The notes beneath the pieces were generated by a model. The model was given only the letters and a program-made list of their open reading frames with translations, searched no databases and was not told the origin of the DNA. Of a DNA stretch of 64,000 nucleotides, positions 18,718 to 28,594 are shown piece by piece; positions within the stretch are counted from its first letter, which is position 1, and each line of letters starts with the position of its first letter. The DNA is from a virus. The stretch is taken from UHGV virus genome UHGV-0287696. One strand, written 5' to 3'. Both the position numbers and the translations under genes were made by a program.

Positions 18718-20901
18718 ATGCAGAGATTTAACATATTTCGTGATCAGAACATCGCGTTGGCGAAATCGCTGATTATTAAATCAGAATCAATCGCACAACA
18801 GATGAATCTGGCAATAACCGAGAACGGCGGTTTCGTTTCCGATAACCGTAGTACGTGGCGATACTACCTGCATTTAGCAGGACAACGTCACGAAATGGAT
18901 AAACCCATTTACATCACGTCGCTCGACACGCAAGAGCAGATAGAATTAACGACAGCCAACCTGTCCCGTCATAAAAAGACCTCTAACGTTTTTCGTTCGA
19001 ACGTTGAGTATATCGAGGCGTTGATCGCAACTTATCCTGAATACGCGATTTATATTCGCGGCGTCTTTACGCCAATCGATTTAAATTACGCGTTACGTGT
19101 AGACGATTGTTCTATTTTGTACTACGACAGTTCGTTAGTAGAATCACAAGAGACGTCATTGATTAGCCGACTGGAAGCGAGAATTCGTGCAGCCCACGTC
19201 CGGTACATGGCTGAGGGTTGGAAGGTCCACAACGATGCGTTTGTGTTAGCTTTCTATTGCATGTTGTTTCCGCAGCTACCGGGTATAATTGGTTATATTC
19301 GTTCTTCTTTACAGCATACGACAGAAACACACTCTTTCTTCGTTACCGAATTTTTAGCTTCGCACCAGGAACTGCATGAGTTTATGCCGTACCTGACTCA
19401 GAAACAAAAATTCATTCTTTATCGAAATATTCGATACTGGGAACGCAATTCAGGGAAAGAGGAGATCTTCGATTGGCAAATCGATGCGCTACTGACAGGC
19501 TGGGGAATGCCTGCGGTTGGGTATAATGTTGCGCAGCAGATTCACGAGCCGAAAGATGATGACGATTCAACCTTAACGCCGTTGCCTATCGGTTATCAGC
19601 AATCTTTAAACTACACAGAGAAAGACTCTGGACGCGATTTGGATATTGTTACCACTACGGACATAATCCAAAAAGAGGTGGGGTTAGCGTACAACAACCC
19701 GGCGTACGAACCAGAGTACCAAGAAGACTTAGACACGCGACTGAGTCTGACACAATACCCCAACTTAACGACGAAGCTCGTAGAAGTAACCGCCGTTGAC
19801 CCAGAAGCTATTGAGCGTTTTGAATACACACATAACCTCTTTAATGAATGGGTACATTTGGTAGCGAAGGGAAAATACAACATCTACCACGAGATTCTTA
19901 ACCCGACAAACGGCGATACATTAAAGTTAAGTTCGAAAGAACTGTTGGCGCTGTTTTTGTACGCGGCGTATAAAGGTTACTCCGATGTTGCCCTTGAAGA
20001 AATCCCCGTATTTAACGTTTTTGATGTGTTGATTAAACGTTGGGTGCCTTTCGATGAGATGGAACAACATCTTATCCCGAGTTGGGAGCACCGTTTCGAC
20101 GCGCTGATTAACTACTACACCGACACCCACACCGAGGTGGTCGGGACCATTCTCAGTGCCGACGAACTTTACGATACGATTAATGAAATTATCTTACAGA
20201 AGCGACGCCGTTGGCGTTACAGCCAAAACCGCCGTAAGATTCCCGATCGTGCTGCGGGCTTAATGCTGTTCGATTACCATTATCGTGATTATCGCTGTGA
20301 TTTAAAGTTAAAGTATCGTAACTACGACGAGTTCTTTAAGACCTTTGGGTTAGACTATACGTTGGTCTCTGCAGAGACGTGGCAAGATATTGCAGTCGAT
20401 GCATTGAACACCGCAACAAACCTTGAAACGCGTGCAACCATTTCGCAATCTGAAATACAGCGCGCGATGGTTCGATTAATGACCACGCTTTCGTCGTATA
20501 CCGTACATTTTGCTGCACGGATGGGGTCAGATTCTTACGACGTTATGGACCCGCTTTGTCCAATCTTAGGGGATATCCCTATGAGTGGGGAGGGTACAGT
20601 TACCATCATTGAACCTCTCTTAGGCGTACAGTCAGTTACGCGACACCAATACATGACGACGGACAAAGTGCTTCCCGCAGCGCCGGTGATTAAAGAGCTG
20701 TCCATGCCGCAACACATCAAACTACGGATGAACATTTACATGGGTATCCGTGTGAGAGTGAATCAGCAAGTCGTGGTGGATATTAATGAACCGACCACCG
20801 GGGTTGTTAAGGTCAAGTCTTCACTTGACGACTGGGCGTTAAACGAACAGGTGAAAATTAACGATCTCGAAGGGTTTACGTTAGACCAGCTACCTAAGTG
20901 A
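18718..20901 (+). CDS. hypothetical protein (virion-associated?)
   Basis: First ATG at 18718 (track start 18706 is TTG); divergent from the - strand gene with starts 11 nt apart. Confidence 0.55.
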   Translation: MQRFNIFRDQNIALAKSLIIKSESIAQQMNLAITENGGFVSDNRSTWRYYLHLAGQRHEMDKPIYITSLDTQEQIELTTANLSRHKKTSNVFRSNVEYIEALIATYPEYAIYIRGVFTPIDLNYALRVDDCSILYYDSSLVESQETSLISRLEARIRAAHVRYMAEGWKVHNDAFVLAFYCMLFPQLPGIIGYIRSSLQHTTETHSFFVTEFLASHQELHEFMPYLTQKQKFILYRNIRYWERNSGKEEIFDWQIDALLTGWGMPAVGYNVAQQIHEPKDDDDSTLTPLPIGYQQSLNYTEKDSGRDLDIVTTTDIIQKEVGLAYNNPAYEPEYQEDLDTRLSLTQYPNLTTKLVEVTAVDPEAIERFEYTHNLFNEWVHLVAKGKYNIYHEILNPTNGDTLKLSSKELLALFLYAAYKGYSDVALEEIPVFNVFDVLIKRWVPFDEMEQHLIPSWEHRFDALINYYTDTHTEVVGTILSADELYDTINEIILQKRRRWRYSQNRRKIPDRAAGLMLFDYHYRDYRCDLKLKYRNYDEFFKTFGLDYTLVSAETWQDIAVDALNTATNLETRATISQSEIQRAMVRLMTTLSSYTVHFAARMGSDSYDVMDPLCPILGDIPMSGEGTVTIIEPLLGVQSVTRHQYMTTDKVLPAAPVIKELSMPQHIKLRMNIYMGIRVRVNQQVVVDINEPTTGVVKVKSSLDDWALNEQVKINDLEGFTLDQLPK

Positions 20902-20908
20902 GAGAATC

Positions 20909-21436
20909 ATGGCATATCGTGTCGATTTAACGAAAGCACCTAAACAAATTTTAGTAGACCGGATTAACTACGTATTTAGTCTATCCTATACTGCTGATAA
21001 CATCGAGTTTAACGCAAACGGCGTTCAACCACTAACTTTAGCAGAACGTCAACGTTACGGACTAGAATCAAAGGTTGCTGCCGTCTTCCGTAACGGCGTT
21101 GTCGGAAACCAGGAATTCATTTTAACTCGCGTTGATTTGGCAACGTTCCTGGCCGATGAACCGGTGAGTGTACCGAAAGGCGCAGTAACGTCCAGCGAAG
21201 AGTTGGCTGATTATATCGTTGCACAAACAGGGATTGACCTGCGTGCTGACGACATTATGATTGAGCCGATTTCAGAGGAGCTGGATTCTTATGATGTTCG
21301 TCTCGTCCTGAATCATTTGTCTTTTAAAGGAACGATTCCGGTCGTATTTACTGATTCCACCCCACGCAAATTGGCGTCTCTTGTGACGAAATTGGCGTTG
21401 GATGGGTTCCGCCCAGGAGAATTAATCAATGTCTAA
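20909..21436 (+). CDS. hypothetical protein; possible distant member of recurrent domain family
   Basis: Contains ADYIVAQTGIDLRADDIMIE resembling the DLLxxINxxxGxNLxxxD motif. Confidence 0.45.
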   Translation: MAYRVDLTKAPKQILVDRINYVFSLSYTADNIEFNANGVQPLTLAERQRYGLESKVAAVFRNGVVGNQEFILTRVDLATFLADEPVSVPKGAVTSSEELADYIVAQTGIDLRADDIMIEPISEELDSYDVRLVLNHLSFKGTIPVVFTDSTPRKLASLVTKLALDGFRPGELINV

Positions 21437-22316
21437 TGTCAAAGTTTACGACGGTAAACTCTCGACGGTAACGCTTAATGCGATGCGCTTGGCTACCGCA
21501 TTAATTACCGGTGCTGACGTGCAATACCCGCAAAAATCCACACTGAATGAGTTTTATAAACTCATGCAAACACCAGTGCCGGACGGTAAAGCGCGTCCTC
21601 ATTTGCAGTACATGGCAATTGGCAACCGTGGCCATATGGTCGACACCTCTGATGTGGTGGCTGACGTTGTGCCTGTAGGTAAAGAACCTATTGCTTCCGG
21701 GATGTTTTCCCGCGTTCCGTTTGTCCTGCGTACAAAAGACAATGATCTGTCTGACGAACAACGTAAGAACTACGCTTTTCGTACTTTGGAAACGTTTAAC
21801 AAACGCGAATACTGGGCGTATTATTTAAAACGCATCGACATGCGCGCTGTAAAAACCACCGATTACGATATCAGGCGTGAGAACGGTGTTGAGACCGTCG
21901 AAGACTTTGTGTACACAGACACGGAATTAAACCCCGTACCGAAAGTATTGCCGGACTACGATTACGACGACGATGGCACCGTTGCAATCCCAGATGGTCG
22001 TTATGTGGAGTCAGGTGCTGACCTGGTTATTCCGTGGACAGACTTTGATGTTCAGGAATATATGAACGTAACGAGCATTATGCGTGGTAGCCCGCGTAGT
22101 TCAATTATCTCTGAACTGGCGCTCTGCTCAGGGTTAGACCAGGTCGCGTCCGGGGACTCTGCAACCGGGTCTAAATTTAGCTATAACGAGGCGATCGGTG
22201 TTCAGGCGTTGTACTACATTTCGATGTTTACCAACCTGGCACAGACGAATGACAAATTGTCTTTGACCATTCGTATCGGACAGCCTGCACCGTTCTTCCT
22301 GGGGACAGCTAACTGA
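21429..22316 (+). CDS. hypothetical protein
   Basis: 295-aa ORF overlapping the upstream stop by 8 nt. Confidence 0.5.
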   Translation: MSNVKVYDGKLSTVTLNAMRLATALITGADVQYPQKSTLNEFYKLMQTPVPDGKARPHLQYMAIGNRGHMVDTSDVVADVVPVGKEPIASGMFSRVPFVLRTKDNDLSDEQRKNYAFRTLETFNKREYWAYYLKRIDMRAVKTTDYDIRRENGVETVEDFVYTDTELNPVPKVLPDYDYDDDGTVAIPDGRYVESGADLVIPWTDFDVQEYMNVTSIMRGSPRSSIISELALCSGLDQVASGDSATGSKFSYNEAIGVQALYYISMFTNLAQTNDKLSLTIRIGQPAPFFLGTAN

Positions 22317-22960
22317 TGTTGATACCCGAGCCGAGACTTCCAGATAAGATGGTAAGAATCGCGGCAATAGACCCCGGTACGAGCCATCTTGGTATGGCAG
22401 TATTGGATTGGGAATACGGCAGCGATCAAGCCGAAGTGGTTTGGGCTGATACCATGCATGTATTAGACCCAACGCATCCAAATGCGTTTGCAGAGTGTGT
22501 CGGTAAGCGTGACGATCGTTTAGTTAAGCTCGAAGCTTGTTACCGTGAATTTCTTCGGATTGCCTGCCCAACTTTCGTTGCAACAGAGACACCGTTTATG
22601 CGGAGAGCAAAACTCTCCGCTTATGAATCTGGTGTCGAACTACAATTAATGCTGCGACGTACTTTGTGGGACGTTTACCCGGAGAAAATTTTACACGGCT
22701 TCAATCCTATCATTGTAAAATCATTCGTTGGGGTGGAAGCGAAGGGGACGGATAAAACCGATATGTTTCGGGCCGTGACCAAGCTCTACCGCGAACATGC
22801 TTTGTTTGATATTACAACGTTAGATGAGCACAGTATTGATGCTGTGGCGGTGGGAAATATTTTCGTCAGGGTAAATCTGTTAAACTTAAACAGCCTGCTA
22901 CCGCCTAAACAAAAGTCGACTAAGACCTCCAGGCGGAGAAGGCGTCGGAGAAAACGATAA
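22316..22960 (+). CDS. putative RuvC-like Holliday junction resolvase
   Basis: N-terminal RIAAIDPGTSHLGMAV matches the RuvC motif (I/L)GIDPG; later ...ETPFM... and DAVAVG acidic positions; C-terminal poly-Arg tail KTSRRRRRRRKR. Confidence 0.45.
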   Translation: MLIPEPRLPDKMVRIAAIDPGTSHLGMAVLDWEYGSDQAEVVWADTMHVLDPTHPNAFAECVGKRDDRLVKLEACYREFLRIACPTFVATETPFMRRAKLSAYESGVELQLMLRRTLWDVYPEKILHGFNPIIVKSFVGVEAKGTDKTDMFRAVTKLYREHALFDITTLDEHSIDAVAVGNIFVRVNLLNLNSLLPPKQKSTKTSRRRRRRRKR

Positions 22961-23538
22961 TGGAACCGAGCACACAAGCACTACCCACTGAAATACTTGA
23001 CTTATTGATCCAAGCTGGAAACAGAAAGTTAAGTAAAGAACAGTCTGAACAGTTAACGAAACTCTTGAAAGCGGCGTATGGGGATGACGTCAACGTCGAC
23101 GTCACCCGTTCTGGAACAAAGATTCTTTCCGACTTACGCCCTACGCTAATCGATAACTTAGGCAAACTGTCAGAACAATTCCATCAGCAGGCAACTGACG
23201 CTGTGGAATCTCTAGGGGATGAGATTAGCAAAGAAACCATGCTAACCTTATGGCCGAAATTATCCGCTCCCCAGAAGTTCATTATTGCCCTTCTGACGTT
23301 AGCGACGGTTGTTGTAACCGGTTTCCTGGGTTACGACACGCATCAACATTTTCCAGAAGACAGTTTAGATGTTCTGATTGTGACGTTGGTACCGTTCTTT
23401 GCGTTGGTTGTTTTTGCGACTTGGCCGATTAAAACGTTGGCTTATAAGTCTCTTGAGATAGCCACAAAAGTTGTTGAGAAGAAGCTTGAGAAATCAGGCC
23501 AGCTTAAGTCGAAGACAGAAAGCCCAACAACGAAATAA
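22960..23538 (+). CDS. hypothetical membrane protein
   Basis: Two hydrophobic segments (FIIALLTLATVVVTGFLGY, VLIVTLVPFFALVVFATWPI). Confidence 0.5.
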   Translation: MEPSTQALPTEILDLLIQAGNRKLSKEQSEQLTKLLKAAYGDDVNVDVTRSGTKILSDLRPTLIDNLGKLSEQFHQQATDAVESLGDEISKETMLTLWPKLSAPQKFIIALLTLATVVVTGFLGYDTHQHFPEDSLDVLIVTLVPFFALVVFATWPIKTLAYKSLEIATKVVEKKLEKSGQLKSKTESPTTK

Positions 23539-23541
23539 CAT

Positions 23542-23582
23542 TAACCTCTACCTTCGGGTAGAGGTTACTTCTTTTTATTTTT
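23542..23582 (+). terminator. intrinsic terminator
   Basis: taacctctacc-ttcg-ggtagaggtta followed by cttctttttattttt. Confidence 0.7.
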
Positions 23583-23627
23583 ACAATTTTTAAACATACT
23601 GTGAGACTTAAAAGAAGGAGTGCTATT

Positions 23628-24281
23628 GTGGAACCATTACGCTTAATGACCAGAACGTTACTGATACCTATTCAGGAGCTGAAGGTTGGACCGTTGGTCA
23701 CCTCTAATGGGGAAATTGTTGATTTCGTTAAAGAGGAAAAAATTCTTACGGCGGCTTTTCAAGAGACGCTCCATCGCTATTATCGTGCAGTACCTTTATC
23801 CGGCAGTCTAGATTGTCCGGGTGTAGAGGGGAGTACGTCTGCGTTAATAGCGGAGCATTTAGAAAAGAAAGGGTTTGGGGTCGGGAAAGGACAGGTTTTT
23901 GTAGACACTGCCACACTGAACAAATACCAAAACGACCTAATGTTACAGATAAGGAGATTACTTGCCAGTTATGGTCTTTTCTCGATTAATTGTAAGTTTG
24001 ACGACGTTCGGATGTTAGACCACGGTTTTACTACCAGCCTTAAAATCTGTCGTGGTAAAAGATTCATACAGTTTACCTGGTGGGTGCCGTCCCTACGTGG
24101 TGAGAGAAAAACGGTGGAAGGGCTGTATGGTTGGGCTTTATGGGCCGAAGTTCCAGTAACGAAACTCGATGCGATTATTCCACAGCATCGAAACGTTCCA
24201 CTTAGCAGTTTATTTACTTCTGGTGGGAACACCACGTGGGATGAATTTGTTAAAAACGTTTTATCGATAGGGGAACAATAA
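23628..24281 (+). CDS. hypothetical protein
   Basis: GTG at 23628 with AAGGAG 7 nt upstream (track start 23601 is an earlier GTG). Confidence 0.45.
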   Translation: MEPLRLMTRTLLIPIQELKVGPLVTSNGEIVDFVKEEKILTAAFQETLHRYYRAVPLSGSLDCPGVEGSTSALIAEHLEKKGFGVGKGQVFVDTATLNKYQNDLMLQIRRLLASYGLFSINCKFDDVRMLDHGFTTSLKICRGKRFIQFTWWVPSLRGERKTVEGLYGWALWAEVPVTKLDAIIPQHRNVPLSSLFTSGGNTTWDEFVKNVLSIGEQ

Positions 24282-24757
24282 TGCAGCAGTTAGATATTAC
24301 CGAAGACAAAATTTCCGCTAAATTTCCTGAATTACGTGAATACGTCAAAGACTTAAATTCGATTCGGGAAACGCCAGTTAGAATCACGTTGGCCGTTGAA
24401 GACGATATTACACATGGGGTTGCAATCTGGGAGCCGGGGAATCTTATCTATCTGGTAGTGGCCGAAGGTTCTCGTCGTAGCGGCGTAGGTTCCTTTTTAC
24501 TGAAATACGTTCAACTTAATTCAGATCGTCAAATGGTGATGTGTCGTGTCCATCCCTCAAACATAGACGGGCTGTGTTTCTTTTCCAAAAAAGGCTTCCA
24601 AATAGACCGATGGTTTATTGCCAGTGACTCCCGTCGGTATTTTCGTATGACGAACAGTAACGTTGATTCGTCATACGCCCCGCCGGAAGAAGGATATTTG
24701 GTGGATTTTATTGAAAACACCCCCATCTTTCTCTCTGTTGCGGATAAGATTTATTAG
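24281..24757 (+). CDS. GNAT-family N-acetyltransferase
   Basis: Acetyl-CoA-binding motif A (R-x-x-G-x-G/A): VVAEGSRRSGVGSFLLKYV. Confidence 0.5.
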   Translation: MQQLDITEDKISAKFPELREYVKDLNSIRETPVRITLAVEDDITHGVAIWEPGNLIYLVVAEGSRRSGVGSFLLKYVQLNSDRQMVMCRVHPSNIDGLCFFSKKGFQIDRWFIASDSRRYFRMTNSNVDSSYAPPEEGYLVDFIENTPIFLSVADKIY

Positions 24758-24776
24758 AAACAGTTGAGAGCCCAAA

Positions 24777-25256
24777 ATGATTCGTGTCGAATATGAGACG
24801 CGGTGCTTGGAAGGCAATAAAGCAAAAGTGTTACGTTGCGTTGAAGTTATCCCCGCACACGAGGTTGACTTACGTACAGGTCGTGTTCGGGGAGTTCCTG
24901 TAACGATACTACAACATAATCCTTGTTCGCAATTTAAAGAGAAGGCAACTCCAGCAGTACGTTCTCGTCGTCGAGAGGACTTTTCTGATCTCCGCAAATC
25001 TTTTACACGGCACTACCGACGCAGTAAATGGAAAGTGTTGGTATTAATTTTAGTGGACGATTTTATTAAAGACTTGGTTTGGGAGGAGGTGCTAAAAGAG
25101 CGCGGTTTTACACCCAAACCTTTCTCGTATCACTGGGAACGTTTCAAAAAGAAATATCGTGAAGCGCTATGGTTTTCGCCGAACACACGGAATATGATTC
25201 CGCGTTTAGAGTCGATGCCATGGCTACGCGATCATCTTGATGAGGTAGACCGATGA
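24777..25256 (+). CDS. hypothetical protein
   Basis: 159-aa ORF with ATG start. Confidence 0.45.
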   Translation: MIRVEYETRCLEGNKAKVLRCVEVIPAHEVDLRTGRVRGVPVTILQHNPCSQFKEKATPAVRSRRREDFSDLRKSFTRHYRRSKWKVLVLILVDDFIKDLVWEEVLKERGFTPKPFSYHWERFKKKYREALWFSPNTRNMIPRLESMPWLRDHLDEVDR

Positions 25257-25645
25257 AACGAACTGTCATTACCCTATTTCTAACGTTACTTTCATTTTCC
25301 GCGTTCGCGGAATTTAAACCGCACGATATTAGTCGTTTTGAACCTACAGTGCCGGGCGATAAACCCGTCGTTTTTAAATCTACCGACCAGCCAGTTGTTG
25401 CAGTTCAAAACGATGAGTTCGCCACGGTAAATTACGGTAAAACCGAATTGTGCCCGGCAGGCGGCTACTATTTGGTAAACATCAAACGGCGTACATATCA
25501 GTTTGTTGATCCGGGTAGTTGTTCTGCCAGTGTAAAGGTAACGTTAGAAACTGTGCCCTACGCAAATAAAAGTATTAATGTTCAACGTTTAACTTTCTAT
25601 GTTGGTGATGAGATCACCGCACGGTACCCATTATACGGGTATTAG
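25253..25645 (+). CDS. hypothetical exported protein (signal peptide)
   Basis: N-terminus MKRTVITLFLTLLSFSAFA-EF is a typical Sec signal with AxA cleavage site. Confidence 0.5.
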   Translation: MKRTVITLFLTLLSFSAFAEFKPHDISRFEPTVPGDKPVVFKSTDQPVVAVQNDEFATVNYGKTELCPAGGYYLVNIKRRTYQFVDPGSCSASVKVTLETVPYANKSINVQRLTFYVGDEITARYPLYGY

Positions 25646-25668
25646 TGATTAACCCCCGCGGAGTTTGT

Positions 25669-26307
25669 ATGTCTTTTGTAATTGATTTTGAAGTTGGTCA
25701 TAGACAGAACTTACTCAACCTCGTTAGTTACTGTAATAGCGGCAGTGTACGTAAAAAGCTTTCGGCTGAGAAAGTGGATGTTTCTTTAATAGGCGCACCC
25801 ACACCGGAAGGTCGGTATCGAGTAAAGTTAACTAACCGCAATGATATTAACGACGCGGTGATGATATCTTACACGAAACTTCAATTGAATGACTTTCTTG
25901 ATATTCCCGGTAAGTATCTGGATTGGTTCGATTTCGAAAACGGCCAACCTAAAAATTACGATAAATGGGCAGAGTCCGCGAAAGTGTCGGTGGAGAAGAT
26001 GTGTCAAGACCGTGGTATGGTTTTGTCACGTGCATGGGACACGGGCTCGCAGTGTCACGTTGAGTATGATGAGGATCTCGAGCGCTATGTGGTAATTTAC
26101 GAATGTGATTCGTTTATTTATAGCGCACGAAATCGATTTATTCTACCGCTTCATATTGGGCAAATTATTACGAATAAAACCCTTGACGGACTTAATTACA
26201 ACAACGAACTGAATAAACGTCCTTTAGGGGGCTTAGATGGTGAGTTGGACGTCTGGATGGGCAAAGCGTTACTCGAGACCGTCGTTTTAAGTGGTTTAGA
26301 AGCGTGA
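25669..26307 (+). CDS. hypothetical protein
   Basis: ATG at 25669 with GGAG upstream (track start 25645 is GTG). Confidence 0.45.
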   Translation: MSFVIDFEVGHRQNLLNLVSYCNSGSVRKKLSAEKVDVSLIGAPTPEGRYRVKLTNRNDINDAVMISYTKLQLNDFLDIPGKYLDWFDFENGQPKNYDKWAESAKVSVEKMCQDRGMVLSRAWDTGSQCHVEYDEDLERYVVIYECDSFIYSARNRFILPLHIGQIITNKTLDGLNYNNELNKRPLGGLDGELDVWMGKALLETVVLSGLEA

Positions 26308-26320
26308 TAACATCACCGAT

Positions 26321-26364
26321 AGGAGAGAACCTTTTCAGGGTTCTCTCCTGCTTTCTTTTTTTTC
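26321..26364 (+). terminator. intrinsic terminator
   Basis: aggagagaacc-ttttca-gggttctctcct followed by gctttctttttttt. Confidence 0.7.
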
Positions 26365-26393
26365 ACTTCACAACTTCAGTATGGAGGTGACAA

Positions 26394-26942
26394 ATGTATA
26401 AAATTGCTATTATTGGTTCTCGAGAAACGCCCGAAGACACGATGCATGAAATGTTGGATGTGTTGCAACGTGGGTTCAAAATTCTTCGTAGTAAACAGCA
26501 CAGTATCGAAACCCGGTCAGGGGGTTGTTACAAAGGGCCAGACCAATTACAGTTTATGTTAGCACGTACTGAACCAGGTCCACATATTTGTTATTTGCCT
26601 GACGAACGTAAGTTGTGGTTACGTAAGTTACATCCGAAAGTGGATTTTCGCGTTATTCCACAAGACGTCCGTTATCGTGGGATTGTGGCATCGCTTCACC
26701 CTAATCCTGATAAGCTATCGGAAATAGCTTGGGCGTTGCATGGACGAAACTTAAATATTGTATCCGGTGATTCTTTGGACGATCATGTAGACGCCGTCTA
26801 TTATTACGCCGAGCATGATAAAAAGGGAAATCCAAAAGGGGGTACGGCGATGGGTGTTCGCTACGCACAGTCACTGAACATCCCTTGCTATTATCATGTT
26901 ACGGATGCATCTAAGTGGTTAGAAGACCTACGCTTATTATGA
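26394..26942 (+). CDS. DprA/SLOG-like Rossmann-fold protein (putative)
   Basis: N-terminal MYKIAIIGSRETP resembles the (I/V)xGSR motif of DprA/Smf and SLOG/DUF2493 proteins; glycine-rich GNPKGGTAMGVRYA near the C-terminus; RBS GGAGGTGA. Confidence 0.35.
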   Translation: MYKIAIIGSRETPEDTMHEMLDVLQRGFKILRSKQHSIETRSGGCYKGPDQLQFMLARTEPGPHICYLPDERKLWLRKLHPKVDFRVIPQDVRYRGIVASLHPNPDKLSEIAWALHGRNLNIVSGDSLDDHVDAVYYYAEHDKKGNPKGGTAMGVRYAQSLNIPCYYHVTDASKWLEDLRLL

Positions 26943-26992
26943 AGTTAGTCAGGGCGGGCTTCTCCCCGCTTTAGCTTAAAATGGGGTAAAGG

Positions 26993-28126
26993 ATGTCAAC
27001 ATTAGATTCCGATTTAGAAGTCCTTTGCGATGACTACGATCGTTTGGTCGCGTTAGAATCGCTTAATGTTAAAGACAATTATCCGGCGGTTGTCGCTATT
27101 CGAAAACGGTGGGCTTTAGATGATGTCCACGTTGCGTTGGAGTCCGCAGCGATGATGGAACGCGCGCAATTTGTTGCAGACACCGAGCCTTACGCAGGGG
27201 TAGGTAAAGCGGTCGCACGCGCGACCGGCAGAGCGGTTAAGGGAGTTGGACGCGTTGCTGGAAAAGCAGCAGTGGCAGGAGCCAAAGCGTCTGGAAAATT
27301 CGCAGGTAAACATTCTAAGCAGCTGGCCTTACGGTTTATCGACTTCGCGGAAGCCGCCGGTAAAGAAGTTATTAATGAACTGAAAGAAGCGACGTCCAAA
27401 GCATCGTCGCTAGAGCGCAAGCTGCAGAAGTTAGAAGCACGTTTAAGTTTACTCGGTATCAAGGACACTTTAGAACCGGTTGACTGTGACACGGGAAGTT
27501 GGACAACCAAAGTTTGTTTAGAAGACAAGCCTAACGTAAAAGCATGTATTGAGTTCAGTAAGAACCTGAGTGCAATGGATGCGATGGTCAACGAGTATAC
27601 CGTTAAAACACGTACTTTAATCGGTAAGAGCAAGAAAGTTACCGAGAGCGGTTTGGAGAAAGTGGGCCGGTCAACGAACTGGGCGATTAAACGAAGCGCA
27701 GGGCTGTTCGGTATTATCGATCCGTTTAAAACGGTGAAGGCATATCCGTGGCCAGGTAACGTGGTGGTCGTTGAACACGACAGCGGTAAGATTGAGTGGG
27801 CGATTGCCCGCGATGGTGATTTTGGCCACACAATTAAATCTCTGAACTTGCATGAAATCGGTTCAGCGCTCGACGCCGTTAGAAACATTATCCGAGCGTT
27901 ACGTCAGCGTGGTGCGAAACGACGTAGTGTTGGGTATACAGGAATTTATGATGAAATTCAACGTATGCGTAAGGAACTTAAGTCGCTTGAAGGGCGGGAG
28001 TTACGCGACGCTACCGTACGTTATAAAAACGCACTGCGATTAGAAGATGCGTTTACTACCTCGTTAGTGCGCGTTGCGGAAGGGTTACTGGAATGGTGCA
28101 GGTTGTCACTGATTGAGGTTAAATAA
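26993..28126 (+). CDS. hypothetical protein with Gly/Ala/Lys-rich segment
   Basis: 377-aa ORF; VGKAVARATGRAVKGVGRVAGKAAVAGAKASGKFAGK. Confidence 0.5.
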   Translation: MSTLDSDLEVLCDDYDRLVALESLNVKDNYPAVVAIRKRWALDDVHVALESAAMMERAQFVADTEPYAGVGKAVARATGRAVKGVGRVAGKAAVAGAKASGKFAGKHSKQLALRFIDFAEAAGKEVINELKEATSKASSLERKLQKLEARLSLLGIKDTLEPVDCDTGSWTTKVCLEDKPNVKACIEFSKNLSAMDAMVNEYTVKTRTLIGKSKKVTESGLEKVGRSTNWAIKRSAGLFGIIDPFKTVKAYPWPGNVVVVEHDSGKIEWAIARDGDFGHTIKSLNLHEIGSALDAVRNIIRALRQRGAKRRSVGYTGIYDEIQRMRKELKSLEGRELRDATVRYKNALRLEDAFTTSLVRVAEGLLEWCRLSLIEVK

Positions 28127-28593
28127 TGCGTATCACTATTATTCTCAAACCCGACAGTAAATACGGAAAGTTATACGGTGACCAGGTACTCAAACTGCAC
28201 AACATGTTGTTCGCAGAAGAGAAAGTGCGTATTAGTCAGTTAACAGGACGTGACACGTTCAACCCAATTGAACACTTAGAAGAGATCTGGCCCCAAGATT
28301 ATCTCTGTGCGTGTGCCGTGGATGACAACGAACAACTTCTGGGAATTATGACCTTTTCAATGGGTTCTTGCTCGAAGGACACATTTGTTTATATTGGGAA
28401 CTACTACGTGATTCCCGAAGCGCGTTCTCAAGGGGTGGGTCGTGCGCTTATGGACAAAGTCCGTGAATATGGAAAGTCCAAAGGTTGTGGTTGGATGAGT
28501 TTGGATGTGTTAGACAACAACGTTAAAGCTATCTCCTTGTATGAGAAAATGGGATTCCGTACTGAATGCAGGGAAATGATAAAGGAAATCTAA
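28126..28593 (+). CDS. GNAT-family N-acetyltransferase
   Basis: Motif A YYVIPEARSQGVGRALMDKV and overall GNAT length (155 aa). Confidence 0.55.
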   Translation: MRITIILKPDSKYGKLYGDQVLKLHNMLFAEEKVRISQLTGRDTFNPIEHLEEIWPQDYLCACAVDDNEQLLGIMTFSMGSCSKDTFVYIGNYYVIPEARSQGVGRALMDKVREYGKSKGCGWMSLDVLDNNVKAISLYEKMGFRTECREMIKEI

Positions 28594-28594
28594 A

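Noticed and set aside
27190-27888. 232-aa - strand ORF inside gene 26993..28126
   Set aside because: Antisense to a well-supported + strand gene in an otherwise uniformly + strand operon; no RBS or terminator context.
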